A DNA stretch of 63,463 nucleotides, filler included, from Sphaeroforma arctica JP610 (lineage: Eukaryota), in the NCBI RefSeq assembly GCF_001186125.1. It is 5 parts of 3 records of this genome, joined end to end, with 100 filler letters (N's around TTAATTAATTAA, not from the genome) between each part and the next. Parts side by side here need not be neighbours in the genome. Positions count along the whole stretch, not along the records: positions 1 to 17,170 come from NW_014040557.1; positions 17,271 to 40,813 come from NW_014040557.1; 3 more parts are not named here. The stretch is one strand, 5' to 3'. The position numbers were made by a program, and so were the translations under genes. Shown here piece after piece: positions 13,101-23,887 of this stretch. The notes under the pieces are model-generated. The model saw only the letters and a program-made list of their open reading frames with translations, did no database searches and was not told where the DNA came from. Each line of letters begins with the position of its first letter. Position 1 is the stretch's first letter.

Positions 13101-16100
13101 TCAAATTTCTGTTAACAATTTGAGTAAGCTACATGTATATACGTGCATATGTATATAGATAACCAAATCTCGATTGCGAAAAGGCTAAATGTCAGACACG
13201 AGCAGGTATTCGCTTTAGCGTAAAATAGAGGTATACACCAAAGTAGGCAAGCCCCGACGTACCAGGTTTATATCGTCCTTGGACGGCAGCAGGGTCCCCA
13301 GTTTCCGAAACGAGTCGTTGTGCATATCGCGGCGTTTGCGCTCCTGCTTCTTGTGCTTCATCTTCCGCCAGTTCTCCTTCTCAGCCGGCGTAGCATCGAC
13401 CGGCTCCACATCAGACCCCCCAGGAGACCCCCCCGAGCCGGTCGTGTGCATCGAGTTTCTCCTCACCCGGCCAGAACCTTGCTTCGAGTCGGCATTGTTA
13501 TGCGAATCGCTCACGATACTGTACTTCCGCTCCCGTGTATAGTAAGGCCCGGCCACTAGGCTGCCAGCAGTACCGGAGCTCAGGAGCAGCGAGCCTTTGG
13601 TAGAACTCACCCCCAGATGCGCGTTCGTCCCCACCACGCCCAGGTGCGACTGAGATACGCTCGGCTGTTCATGGCCCTGTCCGCGTACCTGTGCGTTGGA
13701 CAGATGACGTGCCCGTGCACTCGGGGATTGCTCCTTACGTGCTTTGGGTGGTACTGCACTCACATGGGACGCCCTGCTTCTTTGGGCTATCCCCGGTTGA
13801 CTCCGTGCTCGCGACAGACTACTCTCTCGGTCTACGCCTGCGGGCCAGTCGCCGGCCTCTCGGTCACTCCTTGGGTCTCTTGCACTAGCCGTGTTCTGGT
13901 CCGCGATACTCTCCAGATAATCTCCCCCCACGTCTCTACCCCCACTTGTCCGCCCATTTTCCAAATAGGGCGAGTGCCGCAGCTTACGCGCACTATCGGC
14001 CTCTGCTTCGACCTCAAACCTCGACCTGTCTCTGGGGTCTGCCCTAGTCCACTCCGATGGCCTGGTCCGCGAGGGCAAACGGTCCATACCGTCCCTGTCC
14101 GCCTCTCTCCGTCTATCCTCGAGCATGCGAAGATCCCGCTCACTCTCTGCCTGTGTGCGGAAGGCACGTGACTCGTGCATATCCCTCTGCCTTGCGTCGC
14201 CCATTGGATCGAACGCACCTCGACTCATCGCACGCGCTCTCTCGCGCTCGTCTACCAAGCCGTCCTTGCTGTCAGTATACACCTCCCGATAGTCATACGG
14301 ACTCTCGGATATAGCCTTCTTGGGATCCACAGAACCGTCTATGTCTCCACGCTTGTGCATGTAATCGTAACCCCTATCTGTGGGCATTGTGGACCTCTTG
14401 TAGGTTCCCTCTACCATGTACCGTTGGTTCGCCACAAGTGGTCGGTCGTTGAACCATGGCCCATCCTCTCTGGACAAACCGGGTAGAAATTGTCCCAGAT
14501 TCTCACCCGTGCGGTCGAGATAGTCTCTGTACGTTATCTCCCGAAATCCGTCGAGTTCCATGTCTCGTCGCCGGTCCTCTCTTCTCTTCATATCTCTGCC
14601 CGTGCTTGCACCCTTGTGCCATTCTCTGAGGTCTGATTCCTCCTTATCTCTTCCTCTATATCTTTCCCATTCCCTTTCCCATTCCCTTTCCCTTTCCCTT
14701 CCTATTTCCCTTTCTCTTTCCAATTCTCTTGCCCTTTCCAATTCTCGTTCGTATCGATACTCTCGGTTAGACAACCCCCCGCTTGCTTGGTAGTACTTTC
14801 TGTCGTAGTCATCTTCACCTCTGTGACCGCGGTAGATCTCCCGATCCCCTTCACGACCCCGCTCGCGCAACCCACCGGTGACATTCCCTTGTAGACGCTC
14901 AGCGTACGCCCTCTCGGCCGTGTCCCGCCGTTGATGCGGGATAGACTCCAGCGTTCGCTGCGACCGCAGGCTTTGATATTGAGGGCTCTTTTGTCCTGCC
15001 TGTTGCGCCATACTCCGCATAGCCCCAATACCGCCCGCACCTTCATCATTCCAATCCAGGCCGTGCTGATCATCTCCCACACTCCTGGACGGTGCAGATT
15101 TGTGCAAGTAGGCCTCGCCTCTTTCTAGCTGGCGTTGTCCCTGTGCTTCCGCATCTCTCGTCGGCTGTGACTGCATTTGCGGTGATTGTGTCCTCTGTTG
15201 GAGCTGCGCCCGGGAATACATACCTTGGTCTCGTGTATGCATTGCTTGTTCTCGAGTAAGACCCTGAGGCTGCCTTCGCAAATGCGCCTGGGTTTCCAGT
15301 TCTGCTTGGGCTTGTGCTTGTGCCTGTACTTGCGGTAATCGTGGCTGTGACCGTGAGCTGACCATGGGCCTCATCTCATCCAACCGAACCCTCTTCGTCT
15401 CCCTTCCCGCATGCATATCCATACCATGTGTGAGTACGTCTGCACTTCTCGGGCGAGTAAGAGACACGTTGACCCGTTGTTCTCGGTGATATTGTGAGTG
15501 TGGCTGTGCTGCATCATGCTTCGCCTCCCCTCCCTGGATAGTTGGCGTCATACCAGCCCTTGCCGAATACTGTGGGGACCGCGCCATACCGAGATTCTCA
15601 CTCTGGGTAGATGGATTGCGTTGCCATTTCAACGGCACCTCCAAACCCATACCCATACTCGGGCTGACGCTCGCACATTCGTTGGCCCCTCTTCTCAAGC
15701 TGCCATTCGCAGGGCTTGCAACTGTAGGCAACTCCGCATCAGAACCCGCACCCGAGCCATACGGCTTCAAAGTGTCCTGCTGAGACTTCGAGCGGTGTGT
15801 CACAAGTAGCTCGTCGCGCACACTCAGCCGTGGGGAGTACGTGACTGACCGCGCCTTCATACCCTCGCCAAACTGATCCTTCAGAGAGTCCCCCAGACTT
15901 CTGCCCACTTCTCGGTCGGGCCTTTGGTCGAACCGATACACCCTGTCTTGCGGCGCACTGCTGGCCGCTTCCGTATCGTGTTCTCGGAACTTCATGGGCC
16001 CTGAGCCATTCCAAGCCCCCCCATCCGCCCCTCTCTGTGCTCGCGCCTGCTGTGTGCCACTGGGCGATTGCTGGGCACGTATTGAGGGAGAGGCGTCCTG

Positions 16101-17045
16101 TCTTTGGGGCCATTGCCCTCTGTCGGCCCCTTTTATATCCCTAATGCTCCCCACTCGCGGGGACGGCGATCTCTCAGTCGTCGTCGATGCTTCGTGCTCG
16201 TGTATGGCCTCCAGCATGCGCTGCTGTTGCTCTAACTGGTGGGCCCGCTCTTGCTGTTCCTGTATGCGCTGATCGTAAGTCTGGGTCTGTGGCGGCTTCA
16301 CTTGTTTGCCCGATGCTTCCTCCAACAACGTGCCATTCCCACGTGCTACAGCAGCGGCCGGTCGGGGTGCCAAGAGGCGGTTAGGGGCTTGCGATAGAAT
16401 TGGCGACAGGCGCTGTGACATGTACTGCGATGGACTGTGTGCCGCGCTGTCGCCCCGTTCATGCCTCTGTGCTTGTGAAGACGGCTGTGCTTTGAGGGAT
16501 GTCTGCTCTATCCGCGCCTGTTCTCCAGCGAGTGCTTGCATTAGTTGCGACTGACTCTGGTAAGCATGCAAATGCTCCCGCCTATCGTTCCGGGTTTTTA
16601 GAGGCTGCGATGGCGGCAGGGGGGGAACTTGGCGCTCCTCCTTTACATCGCTGTTGTTCTCTTGTTTATAGTCCACATTTCCAGTACCCCCACCCTCACC
16701 AACTCTATATCGGTCCCCAAAGTCAGCACCCATCGCGGATCCGATATCTGATTTCTTGTCCACCTCACCAACACCTTTACTATCACCGTCCCTGGATGCA
16801 TCTCCCCAGCCGGTAGTCACGACTGGTTCAGTTTTCAGCTTAACTTCCGAGCCACCGGAAGGCATACCCGCTCGGCCCTTATCGTTCATATGTACAGCAC
16901 TCACATTCTTTTCCCGGCGATCTTGCGACCCATTGGTCTGCGATCCTGAATCTGTTTTTGTTTGCACAATGTGTGCTTGTGCTTTTTTAATGTGCTGGTC
17001 TCGAAGATCAGAACTAGCCACCGCGCTGCGATTTTTCGTCGACAC
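10142..17045 (-). CDS. Very large (>2030 aa) transcription factor with two bHLH-ZIP domains (Myc/Max/Mad/Mlx-like, group B); 5' exon(s) missing at the contig end
   Basis: Exons 17045-13263, 12858-10681 and 10279-10142, both introns phase 0 and GT-AG. bHLH1: 'KMKHKKQERKRRDMHNDSFRKLGTLLPSKDDINL|PKVQVLTEAITHIHELRRIGSALENV'. bHLH2: 'GHNENERRRRSQMNQAFNELQLRLPVFRAMSKPSK|AHILDEAKKCLVNLKSTRAKLKGQISDLQYSIEDKRRRLEALRSR*'. The GTG at 17045 follows a ...ctgcag acceptor, so it is not the true start. Confidence 0.88.
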
Positions 17046-17170
17046 CTGCAGTTACAGAATGTGATCCAAGATGGGGTAAATAAAAACCGATAGCTAAAAT
17101 CACATAAAAAAACGAAAACTTCAACATCGTTAGAGTTTCTCAGTATATACGTGTATATTTGCATATATAT

Positions 17171-17270
17171 NNNNNNNNNNNNNNNNNNNNNNNNNNNNNN
17201 NNNNNNNNNNNNNNTTAATTAATTAANNNNNNNNNNNNNNNNNNNNNNNNNNNNNNNNNNNNNNNNNNNN
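17171..17270. other. Artificial contig-join spacer (44 N + TTAATTAATTAA + 44 N)
   Basis: The identical 100-bp structure recurs at 40814-40913, 58020-58119 and 60352-60451; the 12-mer gives stops in all six frames. Confidence 0.95.
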
Positions 17271-17873
17271 GGCCGCACAACCAAAGCAATGCGACCAATG
17301 TTTGGACCATACGTTGTCAAAGCCAGACAGGGACAAGGATATGAACTGACACACAAGGATGGTTCACTTCCAGATACTTTCAAAGGTAAACCAGTTAGAG
17401 TGGAACTTTTGCGATTAGTCCATAGAGCCACCGAAAAACCTTTAGAAGATCATATGTGGCAGGATAGTTCCTCGTTCCGTTATATCATTCGACATAGACA
17501 AAATGATTCCACAGGAAATACAGATTACTTGGTTCTCTGGCGGGAAGGTGATCCAACTTGGGAGTCAGCCGAAGCTTTTGACGATCCGAATGATATCGCT
17601 GCATACCACAAAGCCGAGCAAACTCGAAAGAAGAAGAAAGCGGCACAACAACAATAAGTACAACGTTACGTTGATGAATACTAGATGTCCATCATCTACT
17701 TCCGGATCGGAGTTTGTCTCTCCTCGTGAGATCTCACCACGGTGTAGAGGCGAACGACGATTCCACAACTCGAGCTTATAGGCGAGTGTAACTCCAGCGG
17801 ATACCCTAGCTTAAGGGGGGGGGGGTGAAAACATAACAGCGGATACCCTAGATTTTTGGGGGGGGTGAAGATA
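17271..17873 (+). mobile_element. 3' end of a Ty3/gypsy chromovirus: integrase C-terminal GPY/F domain + chromodomain, polypurine tract and probable start of the 3' LTR
   Basis: ORF 17289-17657 has 'FGPYVVK...GYEL' and a chromodomain 'RYIIRHRQ...TDYLVLWREGDPTWESAEAFDDPNDIAAYH'. G-runs followed by TG occur at ~17814-17827 and ~17858-17868, just before the N gap. Confidence 0.85.
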
Positions 17874-18708
17874 NNNNNNNNNNNNNNNNNNNNNNNNNNN
17901 NNNNNNNNNNNNNNNNNNNNNNNNNNNNNNNNNNNNNNNNNNNNNNNNNNNNNNNNNNNNNNNNNNNNNNNNNNNNNNNNNNNNNNNNNNNNNNNNNNNN
18001 NNNNNNNNNNNNNNNNNNNNNNNNNNNNNNNNNNNNNNNNNNNNNNNNNNNNNNNNNNNNNNNNNNNNNNNNNNNNNNNNNNNNNNNNNNNNNNNNNNNN
18101 NNNNNNNNNNNNNNNNNNNNNNNNNNNNNNNNNNNNNNNNNNNNNNNNNNNNNNNNNNNNNNNNNNNNNNNNNNNNNNNNNNNNNNNNNNNNNNNNNNNN
18201 NNNNNNNNNNNNNNNNNNNNNNNNNNNNNNNNNNNNNNNNNNNNNNNNNNNNNNNNNNNNNNNNNNNNNNNNNNNNNNNNNNNNNNNNNNNNNNNNNNNN
18301 NNNNNNNNNNNNNNNNNNNNNNNNNNNNNNNNNNNNNNNNNNNNNNNNNNNNNNNNNNNNNNNNNNNNNNNNNNNNNNNNNNNNNNNNNNNNNNNNNNNN
18401 NNNNNNNNNNNNNNNNNNNNNNNNNNNNNNNNNNNNNNNNNNNNNNNNNNNNNNNNNNNNNNNNNNNNNNNNNNNNNNNNNNNNNNNNNNNNNNNNNNNN
18501 NNNNNNNNNNNNNNNNNNNNNNNNNNNNNNNNNNNNNNNNNNNNNNNNNNNNNNNNNNNNNNNNNNNNNNNNNNNNNNNNNNNNNNNNNNNNNNNNNNNN
18601 NNNNNNNNNNNNNNNNNNNNNNNNNNNNNNNNNNNNNNNNNNNNNNNNNNNNNNNNNNNNNNNNNNNNNNNNNNNNNNNNNNNNNNNNNNNNNNNNNNNN
18701 NNNNNNNN

Positions 18709-21033
18709 GTATACACTGAGCTCGACATCGTGATAGTATGTACCATTCATCGAAAGTATGTAACATAGCGTCAAGGATCGTTGTTGCTTTCAGATCGCCC
18801 ACAGAATATACCTTAGCCATATTGAAATAGTCATCTATGATCGAAACAGCATGTGTGTTGGAGTCGATTGATGCTGTAAACGGGCCGATGATGTCAATGT
18901 AGATTAGCTCAAGAGCCTCAGCTGCAGGTTCATGTTGTCTTTCCTTGTTGGTATTCTTCTTCTTCTTCTTGGCTATGGTACATGCTTTCCATCGATCTTC
19001 GGGCTGTCTGATGTATGGCAGATGTTTTGGAATGTAGCTAGTATGCGCTAGTCTGTTGTGCCATGTAATTTTGTTGGCCATCTCCAGTGTTGGTTTGGCT
19101 GTAGCCCCAGATATATCGTCGATGTGAACACAATATATTCTGTGTTTTTCATTTTTGAAGTTAGGCAACAATATATACAACATACTGTTGGTAAACTCAA
19201 ATGAATAGAGTCGAGCCGAGAGCAGGCTGACGCTTAGTAGGGCTGTTTTGAAGGTAGTGTCGATAAGTACCTCTCCCAAATCTCCCAGTTGTGCCATTAG
19301 GATAAATGATGGTTCCATTTGCCACTTCAAGTGCGTACCGGTCATTGACGCACATCTTGTGGATGAGGTAATGCTGATGATACTTGCATGGGAGTACATG
19401 GATGGTAGCGCAACTGCCACAAGCTAGTCAGTATCCACGTTCAGGATCCCTATTTGGTCGATCGTTCACATCCTTATTGTCAACTGTAGGGTCTATAGCC
19501 GAAAACGCAATTCGTCTGTCAGAACGAGGAAAGTCATTGAATTGCGCTGACATTGCTTTGTCCTTTCTACCGTCCCTTGTATGGCGTCGGTTGTCTTGAG
19601 ATCGATAGGTGCTATCTCGGTCTTGAAAGCGCTGGTTGTCATGTGAGTATCTGTCGTTGTTTCCGTAGTTGCGTTGTCTGTTTCTATCTTCTTGATATTC
19701 CGGTCGGTAGTAATCGTCGCGGTTGTCATGATATCGGCGTTGATAGCGGTCGTTGCTGCTGTCTCTATCATTTTGTGTATTACGGCCACGATCAGAGTAG
19801 GGTTTGTTGTACTTATCATTGTTGTTAGATTTTCTGTAACCTCTTGTATCGTTGCGTGGGCCGGTTTTGTCAATGCGACGGTAGTAAGGTTTGCGATTGT
19901 TTCGATCACCGCCCGCAGTCTGCAATTTTCTGGTAACACATGATTTGATTAAGAACTGAAGCTTGCGGCATTGTTCTATGGAATGACCTCTGTTATTACA
20001 GAATGCGCAATTATCTGATGAAATGGCTGAATGTGCCCCGTGAACGATAGTCGATGGGTCATTTTCGTCTGGATCCAATGCTGTGAGATACGAAGTAAGG
20101 TCATCGTACGACATAGCCATCATTGCTGGTGTTTTCAACGTGATCGTCACCGTCTGATTGTCGTCGTGCACAGCTTGACGTAATATAGCGCAGGGACTGT
20201 TATCGGATTTCACACCTCCGGCATTCTTGAATTTCACCAAGGACGTGTTGAGACGACTAATGAGAGTAGCGTACGGCTCGTTCCGTTTCTGCATGATGCG
20301 ATTCAGTTTTGCTTCCAAGTATTGGATATCATCTTCAGTCAGAGCTTCAAACTCTTGTTGCAGTGCAGCAAATGCATCCCAAGGGGACTCGATGAATTGG
20401 CTGATTTCCGTTTGCAGTAGCGGAGACAGGGTACGGTTGATAATCCGATATGCTTCAGCAACTTGCTTACAAGTCCAACGGCTGCCTCGAGAAGCTGTCG
20501 GGTTGGTCAGGATATCAGAGATTCCTTCGCAGTTCACAGATAGGATGGTTTGAGTTTTCCAGGGAAGCCAGTCGACCTTCGACTCGAGAATGGTGGTGGT
20601 TTTGATATCCTTAGAGTTGACAGTAGGCATTTTGGTAGCGTAAGAGCAGAGTGACCTGATAAGTTGTTAGAGTGTAAGATGGTAGTATTTGAATAAAGCG
20701 TAATTGTATATCTTTATTTACAACCTCACCTTTGGTTTTATATTCAAGGTGTTTGTGCTAGTGTTCAACCGCTTGGGTTGGCCAGGGTGATAACTCATAT
20801 GGTCAGTATGAGAAACCTTTTGCAGAACACTTTAACACTTAGATATTGTTCTATAGCATAATCTCTGCTGCTCGCTTTTACGCCGATCAATTCATGCTGC
20901 TTGGCTTTCAGAGCAATTCTCTCCTAGGTATCGGCTTTCGGAGCAATGCTCTCATAGGAGCAAATGTATTAATAATATGATGTGTTCAATAATTTGAGCC
21001 GCTTTTCGGAGTGACGCAACTCTTGTGATTTCA
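18709..21033 (-). mobile_element. Ty1/copia LTR retrotransposon (5' LTR, gag, degenerate protease, GAG-pre-integrase, integrase N-part); the rest is lost in the gap
   Basis: Gag ORF 20630-19428 has copia-type 'DWLPWK...' and zinc knuckle CAFCNNRGHSIEQC. The protease region is broken by a stop and frameshift ('GY*LACGSCATIH...LEVANGT'). It is followed by 'TWHNRLAH...CTIAK' and 'LELIYIDIIGPF...SIIDDYFN'. The order PR-IN is copia-type. Confidence 0.9.
20657..21033 (-). repeat. Probable 5' LTR of the copia element
   Basis: On the minus strand it runs TGA...TCA, contains TATAAAA (~20735-20741) and AATAAA (~20713-20718), and ends ~27 nt before the gag ATG. The far boundary abuts unrelated coding sequence. 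No second LTR is visible to confirm it. Confidence 0.6.
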
Positions 21034-21041
21034 TTCAAGAA

Positions 21042-23230
21042 AAAGAGTTTTCTTGCTATTGAAACTTGCTTGAGATCTGTAGTCTCTCACCGTGGGCTGC
21101 CATCCCGCGTGTCTTAGCCAAGGTGATTGCAGACGAGGCGGACATAACCCTAATGTGCCCATACCTCGCTAATGCTCCTTGGTTCCAACCAATGCTGTCG
21201 TTATTGTCGCGGGAGCCTATCATCATTCCCCCAGAGAAAGGTGTCTTTTTCCAATATGGCCATGAAGAAATGCCACCCCATCGATGGGGCCCAACGTTGC
21301 TGTGCCGACTCTCCGTCAAGGGCGCAAAATTCCAGGTTCCTAGGGATTTCTGGCGTCAGTGTGACACGTTTGTCCCTGGTGGTGTGGCTGGCGGGGCGGC
21401 TCGTTCCGTTTTACGAACCAGCCCACGTACCATGGCTCCTCAGCCTACCCCGGTAGAGCTAACGTCGCTGGAGCGGGAGGCTGCCCAAGCTACAGAACCC
21501 AAGCGTCGAATGCCTGAGCGGCGTGCTCGTCGAGGCCGTGTTCGGCAGGAACAGGTCCTCGTAGCTGAGCAACGTGAAGTGCCCAAGTCCAAGCAAGAAG
21601 TGGAAGTAGCGGTCAAACGCGCCATGGAAGGCCCCTCTCCGTATAGGATTCCCTGGTTTGTCTTGTCGTGGCCGGAAGTCCACAATGTCATTGCGGCTAC
21701 GCACAAGGTGTATATGCATGCTGGCACCGATAAGCTGGTTGCTAAGCTCTACACCCTCTATGGCTGGAACGGACTACGATCCCTGGTTAGGGTGGTCAAG
21801 CGCTCGTGTCACGCTTGCCAGCTTCGCGCTCCGCACGTCACGCAAGAGCTCGGTCTCCTCCAGCAGCCCAAGCGTGCTCGGGGGTTATTTGACCATGTTT
21901 TCATGGATTTTGCGCAGTTGCCGAAGACCTCTGCCGGTTATACGCATCTTCTCTTAGTCGGGGACAGAGCGACGTCTATGGTACTCGGGAAACCGTCGCG
22001 GTCGAAGAGTGCTCGTAAAGCCATTAAGTTCCTCAGTGAAGTGGTGCACCCCTGGGGTCAACCCAAGCTGTACACATGCGATAAAGACTCGGTGTTCATG
22101 GCCAAGGAATTTAGTGACTTTGCCAGCCAGTCCAGTGGCGAGGTTCATGATGTCACTACGGACCATCACCAGGCCAATGGCGCAGCTGAGGCGATGGTCA
22201 AGGTTGCCCAGGATTGGATCCTCAAGTCTATGACAGCTAAGGATGAGGGTGATTGGGTTCCCTGGTGCTATCGTTTTCGGAACTGTTACAACGCAGCAAC
22301 CACAGCGACGCATGGGTTTGCCCCTTACACCATGGCTACGAACCGGGTGTATGACGGTGAACGGGAGTTCAAGCTTGAGGCTGACGTGCGTCGCCTCCTT
22401 GCCACTGAAAAATCGGCTTGTGCCTTAATTCGTGACGACGCAGCTTACCAGCGTACACAACGGGCAAAGGAAGCACAAAGGACGAGGGCGAATAAGATTC
22501 GGAAGAAGGCTCCTAAACTCGCTCCTGGCTCTCTCGTTAAGTTCGAGGCTTCCGCGGATCGACCGAAGTCCGAGGACCGGTGAAAGGGTCCGGCCACTGT
22601 CCGGTCACAGGATGGCCCGGTGATATACACCATTGCTTTCCGCGGCAAGGAGGTGCGTCGCCATAGCACGCAACTCCGTCCGTACATCTCACCTATCTCT
22701 CCCATCATTGGGCAAGAGGTGGACTTAGTCTTCTCAGGAGCTTACGAGCAGTGGCTCTTTATGCATTCTCCTTTTAAGAAGGCGCCGATTGAGGAGCGCA
22801 GAGCGGTTTTGCACCACCTTAACCGCACTGATAAGGGTTTGGAGTTGAAGAGCCTCACCAATTCGGCTTTTGGTCTTATGCAGAAAGTGTATACCCGTCA
22901 AGACAAGACGGTCAAGTACCATTTGTCTCGGGCGGCCCGTGCATACTTGCACAAGGAGTGGAAAGCGCTTTCCCCTGGAACTCTTCAGTCGCGCATATCC
23001 CTTGTTGGGTCTGCGCTGGCGTTTGCCCAGGTCCCCTTATTCCGAGCGAAGAAGGTCAAGGAATGGACGGACGCGGCAAACAATGGGGCGCATACACCAG
23101 TATTGGGTGCGACCTCTACCGGTCGGCCGCTGCAGATGCACAGCGTGCCACTGCCAGCCGGCCTGCTGAAAGCTTGGACGTTATCGCCGTCGGCATAATG
23201 GTGTTAGCGTGGTGAGCGGTGTGAGGAAAG
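21042..23230 (+). mobile_element. Chimeric retroelement fragment: DIRS-type Dam-like methyltransferase domain - gypsy-type DDE integrase - SH3 - tyrosine recombinase N-terminal part
   Basis: One frame runs 21042-23198, interrupted only by TGA at expected Trp positions (21060, 22581). MT-like: 'EFSCY*NLLEICSLSPWAAIPRVLAKVIADEADITLMCPYLANAPWFQPMLSLL'. H-x4-H-x29-C-x2-C at 21702-21819. Catalytic D(21906)-D(22080)-x35-E(22188). SH3-like '*KGPATV...IYTI...RHSTQLRPY'. Then 'LSPGTLQSRISLVGSAL' and, after frameshifts, 'VGIMVLAW/VSGVRK' (YR box I-like). Confidence 0.75.
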
Positions 23231-23309
23231 TTAGGTCTAGCATGACCGTGGCCTGCGGCAACGCTCAAGAGGGACATACTATCATTATATATATTATATA
23301 CATATGTAC

Positions 23310-23368
<59 letters not shown>

Positions 23369-23732
23369 NNNNNNNNNNNNNNNNNNNNNNNNNNNNNNNN
23401 NNNNNNNNNNNNNNNNNNNNNNNNNNNNNNNNNNNNNNNNNNNNNNNNNNNNNNNNNNNNNNNNNNNNNNNNNNNNNNNNNNNNNNNNNNNNNNNNNNNN
23501 NNNNNNNNNNNNNNNNNNNNNNNNNNNNNNNNNNNNNNNNNNNNNNNNNNNNNNNNNNNNNNNNNNNNNNNNNNNNNNNNNNNNNNNNNNNNNNNNNNNN
23601 NNNNNNNNNNNNNNNNNNNNNAAAACAATAATAATAAACAACATTAACCTCCCTACTAACAAATTTATTACGTCAAAATTTGATATAGCCGTAAGGCTTC
23701 TTTAATTTAAATTTAAACAAATTTTGCACGAT

Positions 23733-23887
23733 AAAGTCACTAAATGTACATAACTTTTTTTTTGGAATTGTCGCTAAATGTATATTTGTACATATTTGAT
23801 CAATATTTCAGTATGCTTTCATCGACAAAATGGGTGAATGTACATTTAGTGACTTTTCCACATTTTGAATGTACATTTAGCGACTTT
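23733..23887. repeat. Cluster of four 16-19-bp repeats arranged as two forward then two inverted
   Basis: aaagtcactaaatgtacat (23733-23751) is the exact reverse complement of atgtacatttagtgacttt (23838-23856). Variants lie at 23770-23785 and 23869-23887. Confidence 0.85.

Noticed and set aside
10780..17064. Many plus-strand ORFs antisense to the bHLH gene
   Set aside because: They are shadow ORFs of GC-rich coding exons with no recognisable motifs.
17215..17226. Recurrent palindrome TTAATTAATTAA (also 40858, 58064, 60396) as a biological motif
   Set aside because: It is always centred in exactly 44+44 Ns, so it is an assembly spacer.
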